Shown: positions 52,059 through 63,035 of the stretch, one piece after another
Numbering within the stretch: the stretch's first letter is position 1
How the letters are laid out: every line of letters begins with the position of its first letter
NCBI GenBank assembly: GCA_963753345.1
Contig: CAVWBU010000048.1
Location: forward strand, 1 to 64,000
Direction: 5' to 3'
DNA length: 64,000 nt
Source of the DNA: an uncultured Fibrobacterota bacterium
Lineage (GTDB): Bacteria > Fibrobacterota > Chitinivibrionia > Chitinivibrionales > FEN-1185
Position numbers and translations under genes: made by a program
The notes under the pieces: generated by a model
The model's database searches: none
The model's input: the letters and a program-made list of their open reading frames with translations, nothing else
Told to the model about the DNA's origin: nothing

Positions 52059-54780
52059 ATGAAACACATCATCAGAACATCCCTTTATCCTCCTTTCATT
52101 ACTGACGGCATTCGGTATTCTGTTCCCGCGAACACAACCCCTTTTCCGATTACTCGAACGCGGGCCTGTATTTCGTCCATCAGAGTCTTCACAACGGCGA
52201 CACGCTGCAGATTTTCTCGACCGAGAGCCTTCAGGTGCGCGTGACCGTCAAGGAGCTCGTGGAGCGGTTCTCCGTTTCCGCAAGCGCGAACCGCCTGTGG
52301 CCGAGCCCGGAGACGACCGTCGTCGCTTCGCAGTTTCCGCAGGAGCCGTTCACGTTCCTGGTGTCGTACTACGACACCGGCTGGCAGTCACTGGTTACCA
52401 CGGTAAACACCACCAACGGACGCTCCGTTTCCGATACGATGCGCGTGTTCCTGAAGTCGCCGCTGCATCAGGACAGCATTTCGGCGTTTGCGAACGACAC
52501 TATCACCCTGCGCACGCCCCGGGTGCGCGACCGCGACGTCACCTACTACTGGACGCTGGGCGCGGGCGTGACCTATGCATCGCCCGTGTGCAGCACCGCG
52601 GCCGCACTGTCGCCTGCGTTCTATTTCGGGAAGGGCTGCCTGTGGGTGTGGGACGGCAGGCACGTTTCGCCGCCCGACAGTTTCACCTTTTTCCTGCGCG
52701 ACACGGTGAAGCCCGTGATAACGTTCGTCAACAGCGAACTTATCCGCAACGACACCATTTTCACGGGCGATTCGCTGTTTTCGCTCAGGGTCCGCATCAC
52801 CGACAACGTGGCCCTTGTCGTTGATTCCGCATCCGTCAACGGACTCGCCTTTGACGGAGAGGCAGGCAACGTTTACTACAAGATGTTCGACAAGGTCTAT
52901 CTGCATTCCGCGTCCAATCCCCTTGCCCTCACCGTATTCGCGCTCGACCATTTCCAGAACGGCAATGTCGCGCGCAAAACCTTCTGGCTCGCGTTCTCGT
53001 CCTCGATTGCGCATGCGAAAAAGGCGTCCCTTGTGGTCGTGACCCCCGGCGCCGACACGTCCGTGGTGAGCGCGCAGCCGTATCTGGTGTCGGGCCGCGT
53101 GATCAACAATGGCCTTGATTCGCTCAATCTGTCGATATACCTTTTTGTGAACGGCACCGTCAATCCGCAGGTGCGGCACGTCACCGATTCGTCCTTGTCA
53201 TGGGAGTGGACCGTCACCCTAACGCAGGGCGAGAACCCGCTGCGGATCATCGCGACAGACAACACCACGGGGTCCACCCTCGACGAGCACGACCTTCTTC
53301 TGTTCTACACGCCCAACGCGCCCGATTCCCTGCCCCCGCGCATCCTCAACGTGCTTGCAAACGGCAAGCCCGCGCAGGGATCGTATACCGACCAGCCCGC
53401 GGCGGCGCTTGCCATCGAGGCCATCGACGACGGAACGGGCATCGACACGCTGTATGTCAACGGAAAGCCGGTGCCGGCAAGCGGCTTCTGGTATTACGAC
53501 ACGGTGCCGCTTATCCATACGCCGTCGGGCAACGGCATAGCGATAAGCGCAATTGACAAAAAGAAAAACTCCGTCCAGCAATCCGTCGTGATTTTCAGAA
53601 ACAGCCTCCCCGTGGTGCAGCACCGGCCGGCGTCCGCCTATGTCCAGGCGACCAAAGCCTATACCGACACCATCCGCGCGTTTGATCCGGACAACGACAC
53701 GCTCACCTACCAGGCCACCGCCGGCCCCGCTGGCCTTGCGGTTGACAACAACGGAATTATCTCGTGGACACCGGGCATCGCGGACACCGGCATGCATTCG
53801 GTTACGATCCGCATTTTCGACGGGTATCAGCCCGAATTCGTCACCTACAATGTGTACGTGACCGCGCCCGGCGTGCCGCCTCCCAAGCCGGTGTTGTTTG
53901 CGACCCGGCCCGAGGATTTTCCGTTCTCCCTTGTCGCAGGCAGGGATTCCCTGCGGACGGTTCTCAGGGTGAGCCCGGGCACCGGCATCCGCCCGTTCCT
54001 TTTCTCGGCGCGGATTGTCGGCATCGACGCTCCGCTTCTCGACAACTCGACCGACAGCGTGCTGTTCTGGGTGCCCGCCGTTGCCGACTCGGGCTACAAA
54101 CAGATAATTGCAATTGTAAAGGACTTGTTCCCCAGCACCGACACCCTGTATGCCCGCATTCTCGTGGTGCCGCCCGACCGGCCGTGCTCGATCTCGGTGT
54201 CGTATTCGGCCGACACCATGGCAAACGGCGCGCTCAATCTCGACACAATGCGGCAGCCCTTCTCCCTCATGTTCCGCGTGCACGATCCCGACAACCCGCT
54301 TGTTGACCGCCACCGCGTCACGCTGTACGACTCCCGCACCAAGTCCTTCAGCAGTTTCGATTCGGCATTCGTCGACACGTTCGCTTACACCGTCGACCCC
54401 GCACTCTATACCGGCTACGACACCATCGTCGCAACCGCGGGCAACCTGTCGGGCACCGATACCATAAAGGTTCGGCTGTATTTCGGATCACCCCCGGACA
54501 CGCCCGTTGCCATCGCCCCGCTCGACACAGGGCTTGTCGCTTCGTCAAGTCTGGCACTCGCATTTTCAGGGCATGATCCGGACGGCGATTCGCTCACCTA
54601 CGACGTCTACTTCGGCACCGACCCGGCCGCCCTTTCCCTGCTTGCGACCACCGCGGTTTCGGGAGCGGTCTGCAGGGCCTCGTCTCCAACCAGACCTACT
54701 ACTGGCGCGTGGTCGCGCGCGACTGGAAGTCGCAAACGTCAAGCCAGCTCTGGAAATTTACGACCGGGACCGTTCACTGA
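52059..54780 (+). CDS. Large surface protein with Ig-like/cadherin-like and FN3-like domains; frameshifts near 52080-52135 and about 54670
   Basis: DTVKPVI, LTQGENPLRI, AFDPDNDTLTY..GIISWTP, DPDGDSLTYDVYFG; tail TYYWRVVARD..WKFTT in another frame ends at TGA 54780. Confidence 0.7.
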
Positions 54781-54810
54781 CCTGCTTTTATGCACGGGGA
54801 ACCCGATCTG

Positions 54811-55707
54811 ATGCACAGTATTCTCCTTGTCGACGACGACCCATCGATCTGCAGCATGCTGCTCGACTATTTCGACGGCAGGTACGACACGGCAACGGCC
54901 GCGAACGCCGGCGAGGCGCTTGCGTTGTGCGAAAAGCAATCATTTGACATGGTGATTTCGGACATCAACATGCCGGGCATGAAGGGACCGCAGCTCCTTG
55001 CGGAAATCAAGCGGCTCCACCCGGCGGCCCGCACGGTCCTCATCACGGCCTGTAACATCGACGACTACGTGCGCATTGCGCGGACGAGCGGCGTCTCCAC
55101 CATCATCCCCAAGACGCTGCCGTTCAACTTCGACGAGCTTGACGCGGTGATAGACGGCCTTCTCACCGGCGACATCTTTGGCCTTTCGCGCTACATGCTT
55201 CCCTCGCACACGCGCCTCGGCGGCTTCGAAATCCGCTCGTCGCGCGAGGCGACGGATGTCCGTGAGGCGGCGGTGGCGCTGTTCACCGAGAAGCTCGGCG
55301 CCGCGGGCGACATGCGCCTCACCCTCGACGAAATCGTCACCAACGCGGTGTACCATGCCCCCGCCTTTCCCGACGGCACGCAGAAATACGAGGCATATTC
55401 CGAGGTTACGCTTGCTCCCGGCGAATTCGTTCATCTCGAATGCGCCTGCGATGCGGAAAAATACGGCATATCCGTGGTCGACGATGCCGGCAGGCTCACA
55501 CGCGAAACCGTACTTTACAAGATCGAGCGCCAGTTGTCGGGCGAAGGTGCGCTTGACGTTTCGGGCAGGGGGCTGCACATGAGCAGGCTGTTCTCCGACC
55601 GGATGATCGTCAACATCGCCCCGAAAAAAAGGACCGAAGTTATCCTCATCAATTATTTTTCCCACAAGTACCGCGGGTACAAGCCGCTGTACATCAACGA
55701 ACTGTAA
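54811..55707 (+). CDS. Response regulator receiver fused to an RsbW/SpoIIAB-like HATPase domain
   Basis: ILLVDDD, SDINMPGMKG; DEIVTNAVYH, VVDDAG and SGRGLHM. Confidence 0.85.
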   Translation: MHSILLVDDDPSICSMLLDYFDGRYDTATAANAGEALALCEKQSFDMVISDINMPGMKGPQLLAEIKRLHPAARTVLITACNIDDYVRIARTSGVSTIIPKTLPFNFDELDAVIDGLLTGDIFGLSRYMLPSHTRLGGFEIRSSREATDVREAAVALFTEKLGAAGDMRLTLDEIVTNAVYHAPAFPDGTQKYEAYSEVTLAPGEFVHLECACDAEKYGISVVDDAGRLTRETVLYKIERQLSGEGALDVSGRGLHMSRLFSDRMIVNIAPKKRTEVILINYFSHKYRGYKPLYINEL

Positions 55708-55715
55708 GAAAAGCC

Positions 55716-55800
55716 TCACCACAGAGGCGCAGAGAACACCGAGATAAAACCAATAGTAATTCTTCCTTTCCTCTCTGTGACCTCTGTGCCACCGTGGTGA
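55716..55800. repeat. Inverted CACAGAG/CTCTGTG-type repeat
   Basis: TCACCACAGAGGCGCAGAGAACACCGAG ... CTCTGTGACCTCTGTGCCACCGTGGTGA. Confidence 0.7.
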
Positions 55801-55827
55801 TTTCTGCTTGTAAAGGGGGTTGACTCG

Positions 55828-56610
55828 ATGATCAACCGATGCCGCGGCAGGAAGATCAAGCTGCAGGGCTTCAACAGCCTCACCAAGTCGCTCAGCTTCA
55901 ACATCTACGATATATGCTACGCCCGCTCCAAGGCCTCCCAGTACGACTACCTCGACTACATCGACGAGGTGTACAATTCCAAGAAGATCCGCAGCATTCT
56001 TGAGGAAGTGACCAGGATCATCGAAGCCAACATCATCAACATGTCGAGCCAGGATTACGAGCCGCGCGGCGCGTCGGTGACCGTGCTCATCAACGAAGGG
56101 CACCTGTCGGTGCCGCAGGGAACCGTCGCGCATCTTGACAAAAGCCATATTTCGGCGCACACGTACCCCGAGACCAATCCCGTCACCGGCATCAGCACGT
56201 TCCGCGTGGACATCGACGTCACCACCTGCGGCACGATCTCGCCGCTCAACGCCCTCGATTTCCTCATCAACAGCTTCGACTCCGACATCGTGCTCATGGA
56301 CTACAAGGTGCGGGGATTCACGCGTGACGTCCACGGCCGCAAGGTCTACATGGACCACGACATCACCTCGATCCAGGACTACATCTCCGACGAAATCCTC
56401 GACATCTACACCGCCTACGACATCAACATCGTCTCGGACAACATCTTCCACACCAAGATGATGCTGGGCAAGTTCAAGCTCGACAACTACCTGTTCGGCC
56501 CGGAAAACCAGTCGCTCACCCCTTCGGCCCGGTCGAAGATATCCACCCTTCTCCGCAACGAGATGCTCGAGATTTACCAGTGCAAGAACATCTACCCGTA
56601 CGACGTGTGA
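55828..56610 (+). CDS. speD: S-adenosylmethionine decarboxylase proenzyme (E. coli-like long type)
   Basis: GFNSLTKSLSFNIYD, QDYEPRGAS, HLDKSHISAHTYPE (self-cleavage motif), TCGTISPL and RGFTRD. Confidence 0.95.
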   Translation: MINRCRGRKIKLQGFNSLTKSLSFNIYDICYARSKASQYDYLDYIDEVYNSKKIRSILEEVTRIIEANIINMSSQDYEPRGASVTVLINEGHLSVPQGTVAHLDKSHISAHTYPETNPVTGISTFRVDIDVTTCGTISPLNALDFLINSFDSDIVLMDYKVRGFTRDVHGRKVYMDHDITSIQDYISDEILDIYTAYDINIVSDNIFHTKMMLGKFKLDNYLFGPENQSLTPSARSKISTLLRNEMLEIYQCKNIYPYDV

Positions 56611-56611
56611 C

Positions 56612-57553
56612 ATGAACACCGGCTTTTTCCACCGTTCCCGCCGCGCCACCCAGCACACCGAGTGGCTCAACAACAACATGGGGTTCTTCTACGCCATCAA
56701 GCGACGCTTGCGGTTCGGGGCGACCAAGTACCAGACCCTCGAGCTTGTTGACACAAGCGAATTCGGCCGCGTGCTCATCCTCGACGGCATCACCCAGGCG
56801 GCCCAGAAGGGCGAATGCTACTACCACGAACCCATGGTGCATCCCGCCATGTGCACGCACCCGCGCCCCGAGCGCGTCCTCGTGATCGGCGCGGGCGACG
56901 GCGGCATCATCCGCGAGGTGCTCAAGTATCCGTGCGTGAAATCGCTTGACCTCGCGGAGCTCGACGAAGGCGTTATCGCGTTTTCCCGAAAATACCTGCC
57001 CTCGGTTCACCAGGGCGCCTTCGACGACCCCCGCGTCCGCATCCACATTTCCGACGGCCGCGATTTCGTGGAAAAGCACCCGAAGAGCTTCGACATGGTG
57101 ATCATGGACATGACCGACCCTTTCGGCCCCGCGCGGTTTCTGTACACCCGCGATTTTTTCCTCTCCGTAAAGCGGTCGTTTGTGGACCGGCGCGGCGTGT
57201 TCGTGATGCACACCGAATCGCCCGTGACCAGGCCGCGCACGTTCGCCTGCATCCAGCGAACGCTCCGTTCCGTGTTTCCGCATGTGTGCCCGCTGTACTG
57301 CTACATCCACATGTACGCGACGCTGTGGTCGGTAACCGTTTCGTCGGACCGTTCGGACATGACGGCGGTGTCCCGTATCCAGGTTGACAAAAAACTCTCC
57401 CGCTACGGCATCAAGGGCCTCCGGTACTACACCGGGCGCATCCACGAGGCCGCGCAGGCATCGTGGCCGGTACTGGAACAACTACTTGACAAACGCGCAC
57501 GCATCCTCACCGACCGCCGCCCGGACATTCCCGACGAAATCGCCCACGAGTGA
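56612..57553 (+). CDS. speE: Polyamine aminopropyltransferase 1
   Basis: LILDGITQ, YHEPMVH, VIGAGDGG and MDMTDP. Confidence 0.9.
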   Translation: MNTGFFHRSRRATQHTEWLNNNMGFFYAIKRRLRFGATKYQTLELVDTSEFGRVLILDGITQAAQKGECYYHEPMVHPAMCTHPRPERVLVIGAGDGGIIREVLKYPCVKSLDLAELDEGVIAFSRKYLPSVHQGAFDDPRVRIHISDGRDFVEKHPKSFDMVIMDMTDPFGPARFLYTRDFFLSVKRSFVDRRGVFVMHTESPVTRPRTFACIQRTLRSVFPHVCPLYCYIHMYATLWSVTVSSDRSDMTAVSRIQVDKKLSRYGIKGLRYYTGRIHEAAQASWPVLEQLLDKRARILTDRRPDIPDEIAHE

Positions 57554-57661
57554 ACGGTTGCGCTGGCAATGAATACATGTACGGCTGCTCCCACGTAACG
57601 TATATTTGATATCCTTTTTACGTCCCCTTTTTCAGAAAGGCCTCCGGCGGCAGACCGCCCT

Positions 57662-58762
57662 ATGGATTTTGCAAGACTTTCCGGCCTTGTTGCGGCGCAC
57701 GGCACGCCCGCCCTTTTCCTTTCGCAAGGCAGGCTCCGCGAGAGTTTTCGCGCCCTCGCCCTGTCCCTGCCGGGCGTGGAGCTGTTTTACGCCGTCAAGT
57801 CCAACGCCCAGACCGAAATCATCGACATCCTCAAGCAGGAGGGCAGTTCCTTCGACATCTGCACTAACGGCGAAATCGACATCGTAAGGAACTGCGGGGT
57901 CACGGCTGACAAGTGCATGCACACGCATCCCATCAAGCGGGATTCGGACATCAGCTACGCGCTCGATTTCGGCGTGTCCCTGTTTGTGGTGGACAACGAA
58001 TTCGAGCTGTCAAAATTCCTGCCCTACAAAGAGCGTGCGAAGATCCTTGTCAGAATGAGCGTCCAGAACCCGTCGTGCATGGTAAACCTGTCGCACAAAT
58101 TCGGGTGCGCGCCCACCCAGACGTTTTCGCTTATTCAGAAGGCGCACGACATGGGACTTTCGATTGCGGGCATCAGCTTTCATGCCGGCTCGCAGAACGA
58201 AAACCCGCTCAAGTACATCGAGGCGCTCGATTTCTGCCGCGACATCTGCCGCAAGGCCGCGCTAAGCGGCATTGTGCTGAGCGTCATCGACATCGGCGGC
58301 GGCTTTCCCATCAATTACCTGAATCCCGTGCTGCCCATCCAGCGATTCTGCCAGCCCATCAACGAATACCTGGAACGCTATTTCACCAATTACCGCATCA
58401 TCGCCGAGCCGGGCAGGGTGCTGTCGGGGCCGTGCATGGTGCTCGCCGCGAGGGTGATGGGCAAGTCCTTGCGCGGCGGCGTGTGGTGGTATTATCTTGA
58501 CGAAGGGGTGTACGGCTCGTTTTCGGGCAAGGTGTTCGACCATGCCGACTATCCGCTGTTCGTGCCGCGCTCGGGCGAGATGTTTAATTCGGTGATCGCG
58601 GGCCCCACGTGCGACTCGTTCGACGTGCTGTACGAAAACATCGCGCTGCCGCAGCTCGAAATAGGCGACGTGATCCTGTTTGATTCCATGGGCGCGTACA
58701 CCACGGCGAGCGCCACCACGTTCAACGGATTTCCAAAGGCGAAAATCATCGTTATTGACTAA
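57662..58762 (+). CDS. Fold-type III PLP-dependent ornithine/lysine decarboxylase
   Basis: FYAVKSN, KFG, FHAGSQ, DIGGGF, AEPGR, GPTCDSFD, MGAYT and FNGF. Confidence 0.9.
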   Translation: MDFARLSGLVAAHGTPALFLSQGRLRESFRALALSLPGVELFYAVKSNAQTEIIDILKQEGSSFDICTNGEIDIVRNCGVTADKCMHTHPIKRDSDISYALDFGVSLFVVDNEFELSKFLPYKERAKILVRMSVQNPSCMVNLSHKFGCAPTQTFSLIQKAHDMGLSIAGISFHAGSQNENPLKYIEALDFCRDICRKAALSGIVLSVIDIGGGFPINYLNPVLPIQRFCQPINEYLERYFTNYRIIAEPGRVLSGPCMVLAARVMGKSLRGGVWWYYLDEGVYGSFSGKVFDHADYPLFVPRSGEMFNSVIAGPTCDSFDVLYENIALPQLEIGDVILFDSMGAYTTASATTFNGFPKAKIIVID

Positions 58763-58773
58763 AGGATAGCACC

Positions 58774-59645
58774 ATGGAAAACACTCCCCGTTACGAAACC
58801 GGCAGCAATGCTTCCCTGTGGCTCGAAAATCTGGTAAACGGCCTTTCGGGATTCACGCTTCGCGCAAAGCATGCGCTGTACTACGGCGCGAGCCCGTTCC
58901 AGAAGATCGAGATTTTCCATACCTACGCGTTCGGAAAGGTTCTTGTGCTCGGCGACAACATCGTCCTCACCGAGCGGGACGAGTACATTTACCACGAGTC
59001 GATCACCCACCCCGCCATGAACATGCACGCAGACCCACGCCGCGTGTGCATTATCGGCGGCGGCGACGGCGGCGTACTCCGGGAGGTGCTCAAGTACAAG
59101 GACGTCGAGACCGCGCTTGTGGTCGAGATCGACAAGATGGTGCGCGAGGCCGTCGCCGCCCATTTTCCGGCCCTTGCGAAATCGTTTTCGGACAAACGGA
59201 GCCGCGCGGAGTTCGCCGAAGGGTGTTCGTACCTCAAGAAATCCAAGGAGACGTTCGACGTGATTCTCGTCGACTCGTACGATCCGGGCGGGCCGGTCCA
59301 GTCGCTGGAAACCGCCGATTTCTACCGGCTCGTCTTCGAGCGTCTTGACAAGGGCGGCATCGCCGTGTTCCAGACGGATTCTCCCACCATCCGCGGCGAG
59401 TACCTGCGGTCGACCGTAGCGACCATTTCCTCGCTGTTCAAGGCATTCCGGCTGTACACCTGCACCATGCCGTCGTTTCCCGAAGGCATGTGCAGCTTCG
59501 TGATCTGCGCCAAGGACGGGCCGGACCTTGACAAATTCAATGAGAAGCGGTTTCGTCGGTCGCCAAAAAGTGCCAGTATTACAATCCCGACATTCACCGC
59601 GGCGCGTTTCTGCTGCCCGAGTACATTAAGAAGATCGTGGCATGA
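58774..59645 (+). CDS. speE: Polyamine aminopropyltransferase 2, frameshift near 59551
   Basis: TERDEYIYHE, IGGGDGG and VDSYDP; typical tail YYNPDIHRGAFLLPEY in another frame, ending TGA 59645. Confidence 0.88.
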
Positions 59646-59700
59646 TTGGCTTATAGGTTTTCGAAACAATCCGCCGCAACGCCCGCAGGGGAAGCCGATC

Positions 59701-60295
59701 ATGCAAAATCCCGCAAAAACCGATTTCGACATTCATCCCCTTCTTGCAAACCGCTACAGTCCGCGCGCGTTTCTTGACAAGCAGATAGACCCCGTCGCTC
59801 TCAAGAGGATTTTTGAAGCGGCCCGCTGGGCGCCGTCGTGCAACAACGACCAGGAATGGTTTTACATCGCGGGAATCAGAAACCAGGGTCGCGGATTTCA
59901 GCAGGATTTGTTCCACTCTCACTCCCAACAACCAGGCGTGGGCCTCGCAGGCGGCCGTGCTGATGATCGTGTGCGGCCGCACTAGCTTTACGGGCGGCAC
60001 AAAGCCCAACAAATGGCATGCCTACGACTGCGGCCAGTCTGCCGCCCACCTTACGTTTCAGGCTGCCGCCGAAGGGGTTTCGGTCCATCAGATGGCGGGA
60101 TTCGATGCGCAGAAAGCAATCGCGGAGCTCTCCATTCCTGACGGTGTCGTCCCGCTCACGGCGATTGCAATGGGATATGCAGGCGAAGCGTCGCTTCTGC
60201 CGCCTGTTCTTGCCCAGAGGGAAGCCGCGCCAAAGGTCAGAAGACCGCAGAAGGAGTTTGTGTTCGGGGGGACATGGGGGAAGGCGCTGGAGTGA
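59701..60295 (+). CDS. Nitroreductase family protein, frameshift near 59885
   Basis: NRYSPRAF and AARWAPSCNNDQ, then YDCGQSA, HQMAGFD and AMGY in another frame. Confidence 0.85.
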
Positions 60296-60455
60296 GCAAG
60301 AAGAAGTTGTATTGTTTGCTTTGATGACGCAAAGACACCTATATTGTGTTTGTAGTGAATGCGCACAACCTTGGGATTTTAGACAGCGTGAGTAAAATCC
60401 TAAAAGACCAACCTGATTTTGATAAGAGATAACACCCTTCAGCAAAGGAGACTCT

Positions 60456-60920
60456 ATGCTTCACAGTACTCTGCTGGAGCTTGACGAGCCCAGAAGCTGG
60501 TGGTGCACAGTTGAGTCCATCCGCCACTCACTTACTAACGCCAGCAATGATGCGGTTTCACCTTTGGATCTTGAGCGGCTCTCAACCTTCAGTTTATTGC
60601 TTCGTGGTTTGGCCAAGATAGGGCCTGGCCGTTCTCCAACATGGTCAATCGGCCGACAATTGCCCGAAGGTCATCTGCTATGCCCTCCATTTCAAACTCT
60701 TCGTATGAAAACCGAAATTGAAAAGTCAGACAATTTTCGCAGTGTGTCAGAAGAAGGTAGTTTTTCAACCCGTATAAGTTTCCTATGTAAGTCTCTTGAT
60801 GAATATGTTGCTAAAAAGGGTAGCACGAGCATGGGAATGAAAGTGAGAAGTGCGTTGGCGGATATCGCAAACAGACTAAGTGAAACCGCGCAGGCCCTAT
60901 TATATGAACCCCAGGAATGA
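60456..60920 (+). CDS. Hypothetical protein, first gene of an AT-richer island
   Basis: RBS AAGGAG; overlaps the next ORF. Confidence 0.6.
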   Translation: MLHSTLLELDEPRSWWCTVESIRHSLTNASNDAVSPLDLERLSTFSLLLRGLAKIGPGRSPTWSIGRQLPEGHLLCPPFQTLRMKTEIEKSDNFRSVSEEGSFSTRISFLCKSLDEYVAKKGSTSMGMKVRSALADIANRLSETAQALLYEPQE

Positions 60921-62415
60921 ATCTGCAGCACCCGATCTTTTCAATCAATCTAATTCTGCGGCTCCGTCCCCACCGATAAACGACGCTGTTTATTCATCTT
61001 GTTATCTTGTTATCGAGCGCATTCGAGATAGACTTCTTCACCTTGACGAAGAGCAGTTTCCCACACGGGCAACCCAAGCAGCAAGAGATCTCGTGCTTGA
61101 TGCACTTGACGCTATACAAACCAGCATTAGTGTTAATAAACCTGCACCCCGGGTTGTTTATGAACGTCTTGTAAGCCTCCGAAGTCATGCGCTGACAATT
61201 GAGCGTTCAAATAGCACCTTAGTTTCATGGCCAATCGCATGCTGGTTTGAAGAAAGGTGGAAGATAAATGTCCACGATTCTTCCATGTTAGTATTCTTTG
61301 CTCAGCGCTTAGATCATAATTATAGTATCCAGGATTTTACTGACAAAGTCCTTCATTTTCTTGAACCGATAACCACTGAAGATGTTCTTAAGAGGCTCGG
61401 CCAAAAAAGAATTTTTTGCCTATCTCTTGCCTCACTTGAGGAAGACAACGTTCCACTTTACGCAAACGTCGGTCACGAGTTCGGACACATAATTTGTGGA
61501 ATTCATCAGTCTAAGCTGAATGAAATCGTGAAGCTCAAGCTGTCGCCAATATCCACTGGAATTGAGGCTACATTAGGCCAGAAAGTGAAGACCGCAGCAG
61601 AACATGCTGAATTTACCCAAACCTTCATGACAATTCTGTATGCCTTGGCGGAGGAAGCTGTTTCAGATGCTTTCGCTGCCTTCTTGATGGGGCCAAGTTA
61701 CATTCTTTCCATGAATGAGATATCGTGGGCTGCGGAGGCATTTCCTGTCTGGAGCATCACCGTTATCAAACCTGAAATTGTAGATGCTCATCCTAGTCTG
61801 GCATTTCGGCTAAACTATCTTGATTCTCTATTGTCCTTCACTACGTTTCGGGCAAACGTTGATCGTCTTGGCCAGGAGAATAAGAAGCAACGCATGTCAG
61901 AAAAGGGAACTGATGACCAGCCAGATCTCCGGACTGAAACGTATGGGCATTTTATTCGACAATATTCCCCAACATCGGAGAAGCCTCTGGTACGGGCGAG
62001 AATTACAAAAGATCAGGATCTTATCCAGTCTGTTTTGGAAATGCACTTACCATCTATTGCAAAGGCTATCTCCGCAATTGCAAAGGAGTCGTACAACTAT
62101 TTTGAACGCAACCTGCCAAGTGAGATGTTCAAGCCTGATCAGCAACGCATTTACGGGCTTCTCTTGCGGCTTGCGCATCAAATACCCCCAAACATAATTG
62201 AAGACGCTTCCCTTCTTGGTCAACCTGCAGATGTGCCAAGTATTATTCTCGCAGCATGCCTATACCGTCAAAAATTGTTTGCCGACGCAACACCAGAAAT
62301 GTATGAAGAAACCAAGAAAGCTCTTTCGAAGCTGGATCGCTTAACGGCGAAGGCAATAGAAGCCGCTTTTGTGCAACGACTATATCAAGCTCGCAAGAAG
62401 GAGGACACCCAATGA
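60904..62415 (+). CDS. Soluble M48-like/gluzincin HExxH metallopeptidase-domain protein
   Basis: VGHEFGH, then EEAVSDAFAAFLMGPSY and AHPSLAFRL, matching the HExxH..ExxxD..HPxxxxR arrangement; no signal peptide seen. Confidence 0.7.
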   Translation: MNPRNESAAPDLFNQSNSAAPSPPINDAVYSSCYLVIERIRDRLLHLDEEQFPTRATQAARDLVLDALDAIQTSISVNKPAPRVVYERLVSLRSHALTIERSNSTLVSWPIACWFEERWKINVHDSSMLVFFAQRLDHNYSIQDFTDKVLHFLEPITTEDVLKRLGQKRIFCLSLASLEEDNVPLYANVGHEFGHIICGIHQSKLNEIVKLKLSPISTGIEATLGQKVKTAAEHAEFTQTFMTILYALAEEAVSDAFAAFLMGPSYILSMNEISWAAEAFPVWSITVIKPEIVDAHPSLAFRLNYLDSLLSFTTFRANVDRLGQENKKQRMSEKGTDDQPDLRTETYGHFIRQYSPTSEKPLVRARITKDQDLIQSVLEMHLPSIAKAISAIAKESYNYFERNLPSEMFKPDQQRIYGLLLRLAHQIPPNIIEDASLLGQPADVPSIILAACLYRQKLFADATPEMYEETKKALSKLDRLTAKAIEAAFVQRLYQARKKEDTQ

Positions 62416-63035
62416 GTGTGCTCAAGAAGCTTGACATCATCAACTTTATCAATAACAAGAATTACGCAAAAAGACTAATAATCACTCCATTGCTTGAAGA
62501 ACGGCAGATAAGCGCAGGTTCTGTAGATGTCCGTTTAGGAACTTCAATCATTGTGCCTAAGAAAACATACGTGGACAGCCAGGATGTTACAAAGAAGGAA
62601 AAAGTGCGGCAGATTGAGAATAGAAGTTATGACAAAGTTCGCTTGCGCCCAGGAATCAAGTTTGTGCTCCATCCCCATCAACTAATATTGGGCGTTACCT
62701 TTGAATACATTTCGCTTCCTCCTGATCTTTTCGCAACAATTGCCAGCAGATCTTCTTGGGGGAGGTTGGGATTGGTAGTTGCTACAGCGAGTGTAATACA
62801 GCCAGGCTTCAAAGGTTGCATCACGCTGGAGTTGTGTAACCTGGGGGAAAGCCCTATCGCACTTTATCCCGGGTTGCTTGTTGGCCAGCTTGTCCTCTAT
62901 AAAGTTGAGGGCACTGGGGGACCTGATAAGTATGAAGGTCGGTATGATTGTCCTACGGAAGCAGGACTACCAAGTTTCCTGGCCAAGCACCATCACGATG
63001 ACATGGAGGTATGGTCGGAGTCTCTGTCAACATGA
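62412..63035 (+). CDS. dcd: dCTP deaminase (trimeric dUTPase superfamily)
   Basis: SVDVRLG, FVLHP, EYISLP, RSSWGRLGL, PGFKGCITLELCN and LYPG; ATGA overlap with the upstream gene plus AAGGAGG RBS. Confidence 0.9.
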   Translation: MSVLKKLDIINFINNKNYAKRLIITPLLEERQISAGSVDVRLGTSIIVPKKTYVDSQDVTKKEKVRQIENRSYDKVRLRPGIKFVLHPHQLILGVTFEYISLPPDLFATIASRSSWGRLGLVVATASVIQPGFKGCITLELCNLGESPIALYPGLLVGQLVLYKVEGTGGPDKYEGRYDCPTEAGLPSFLAKHHHDDMEVWSESLST

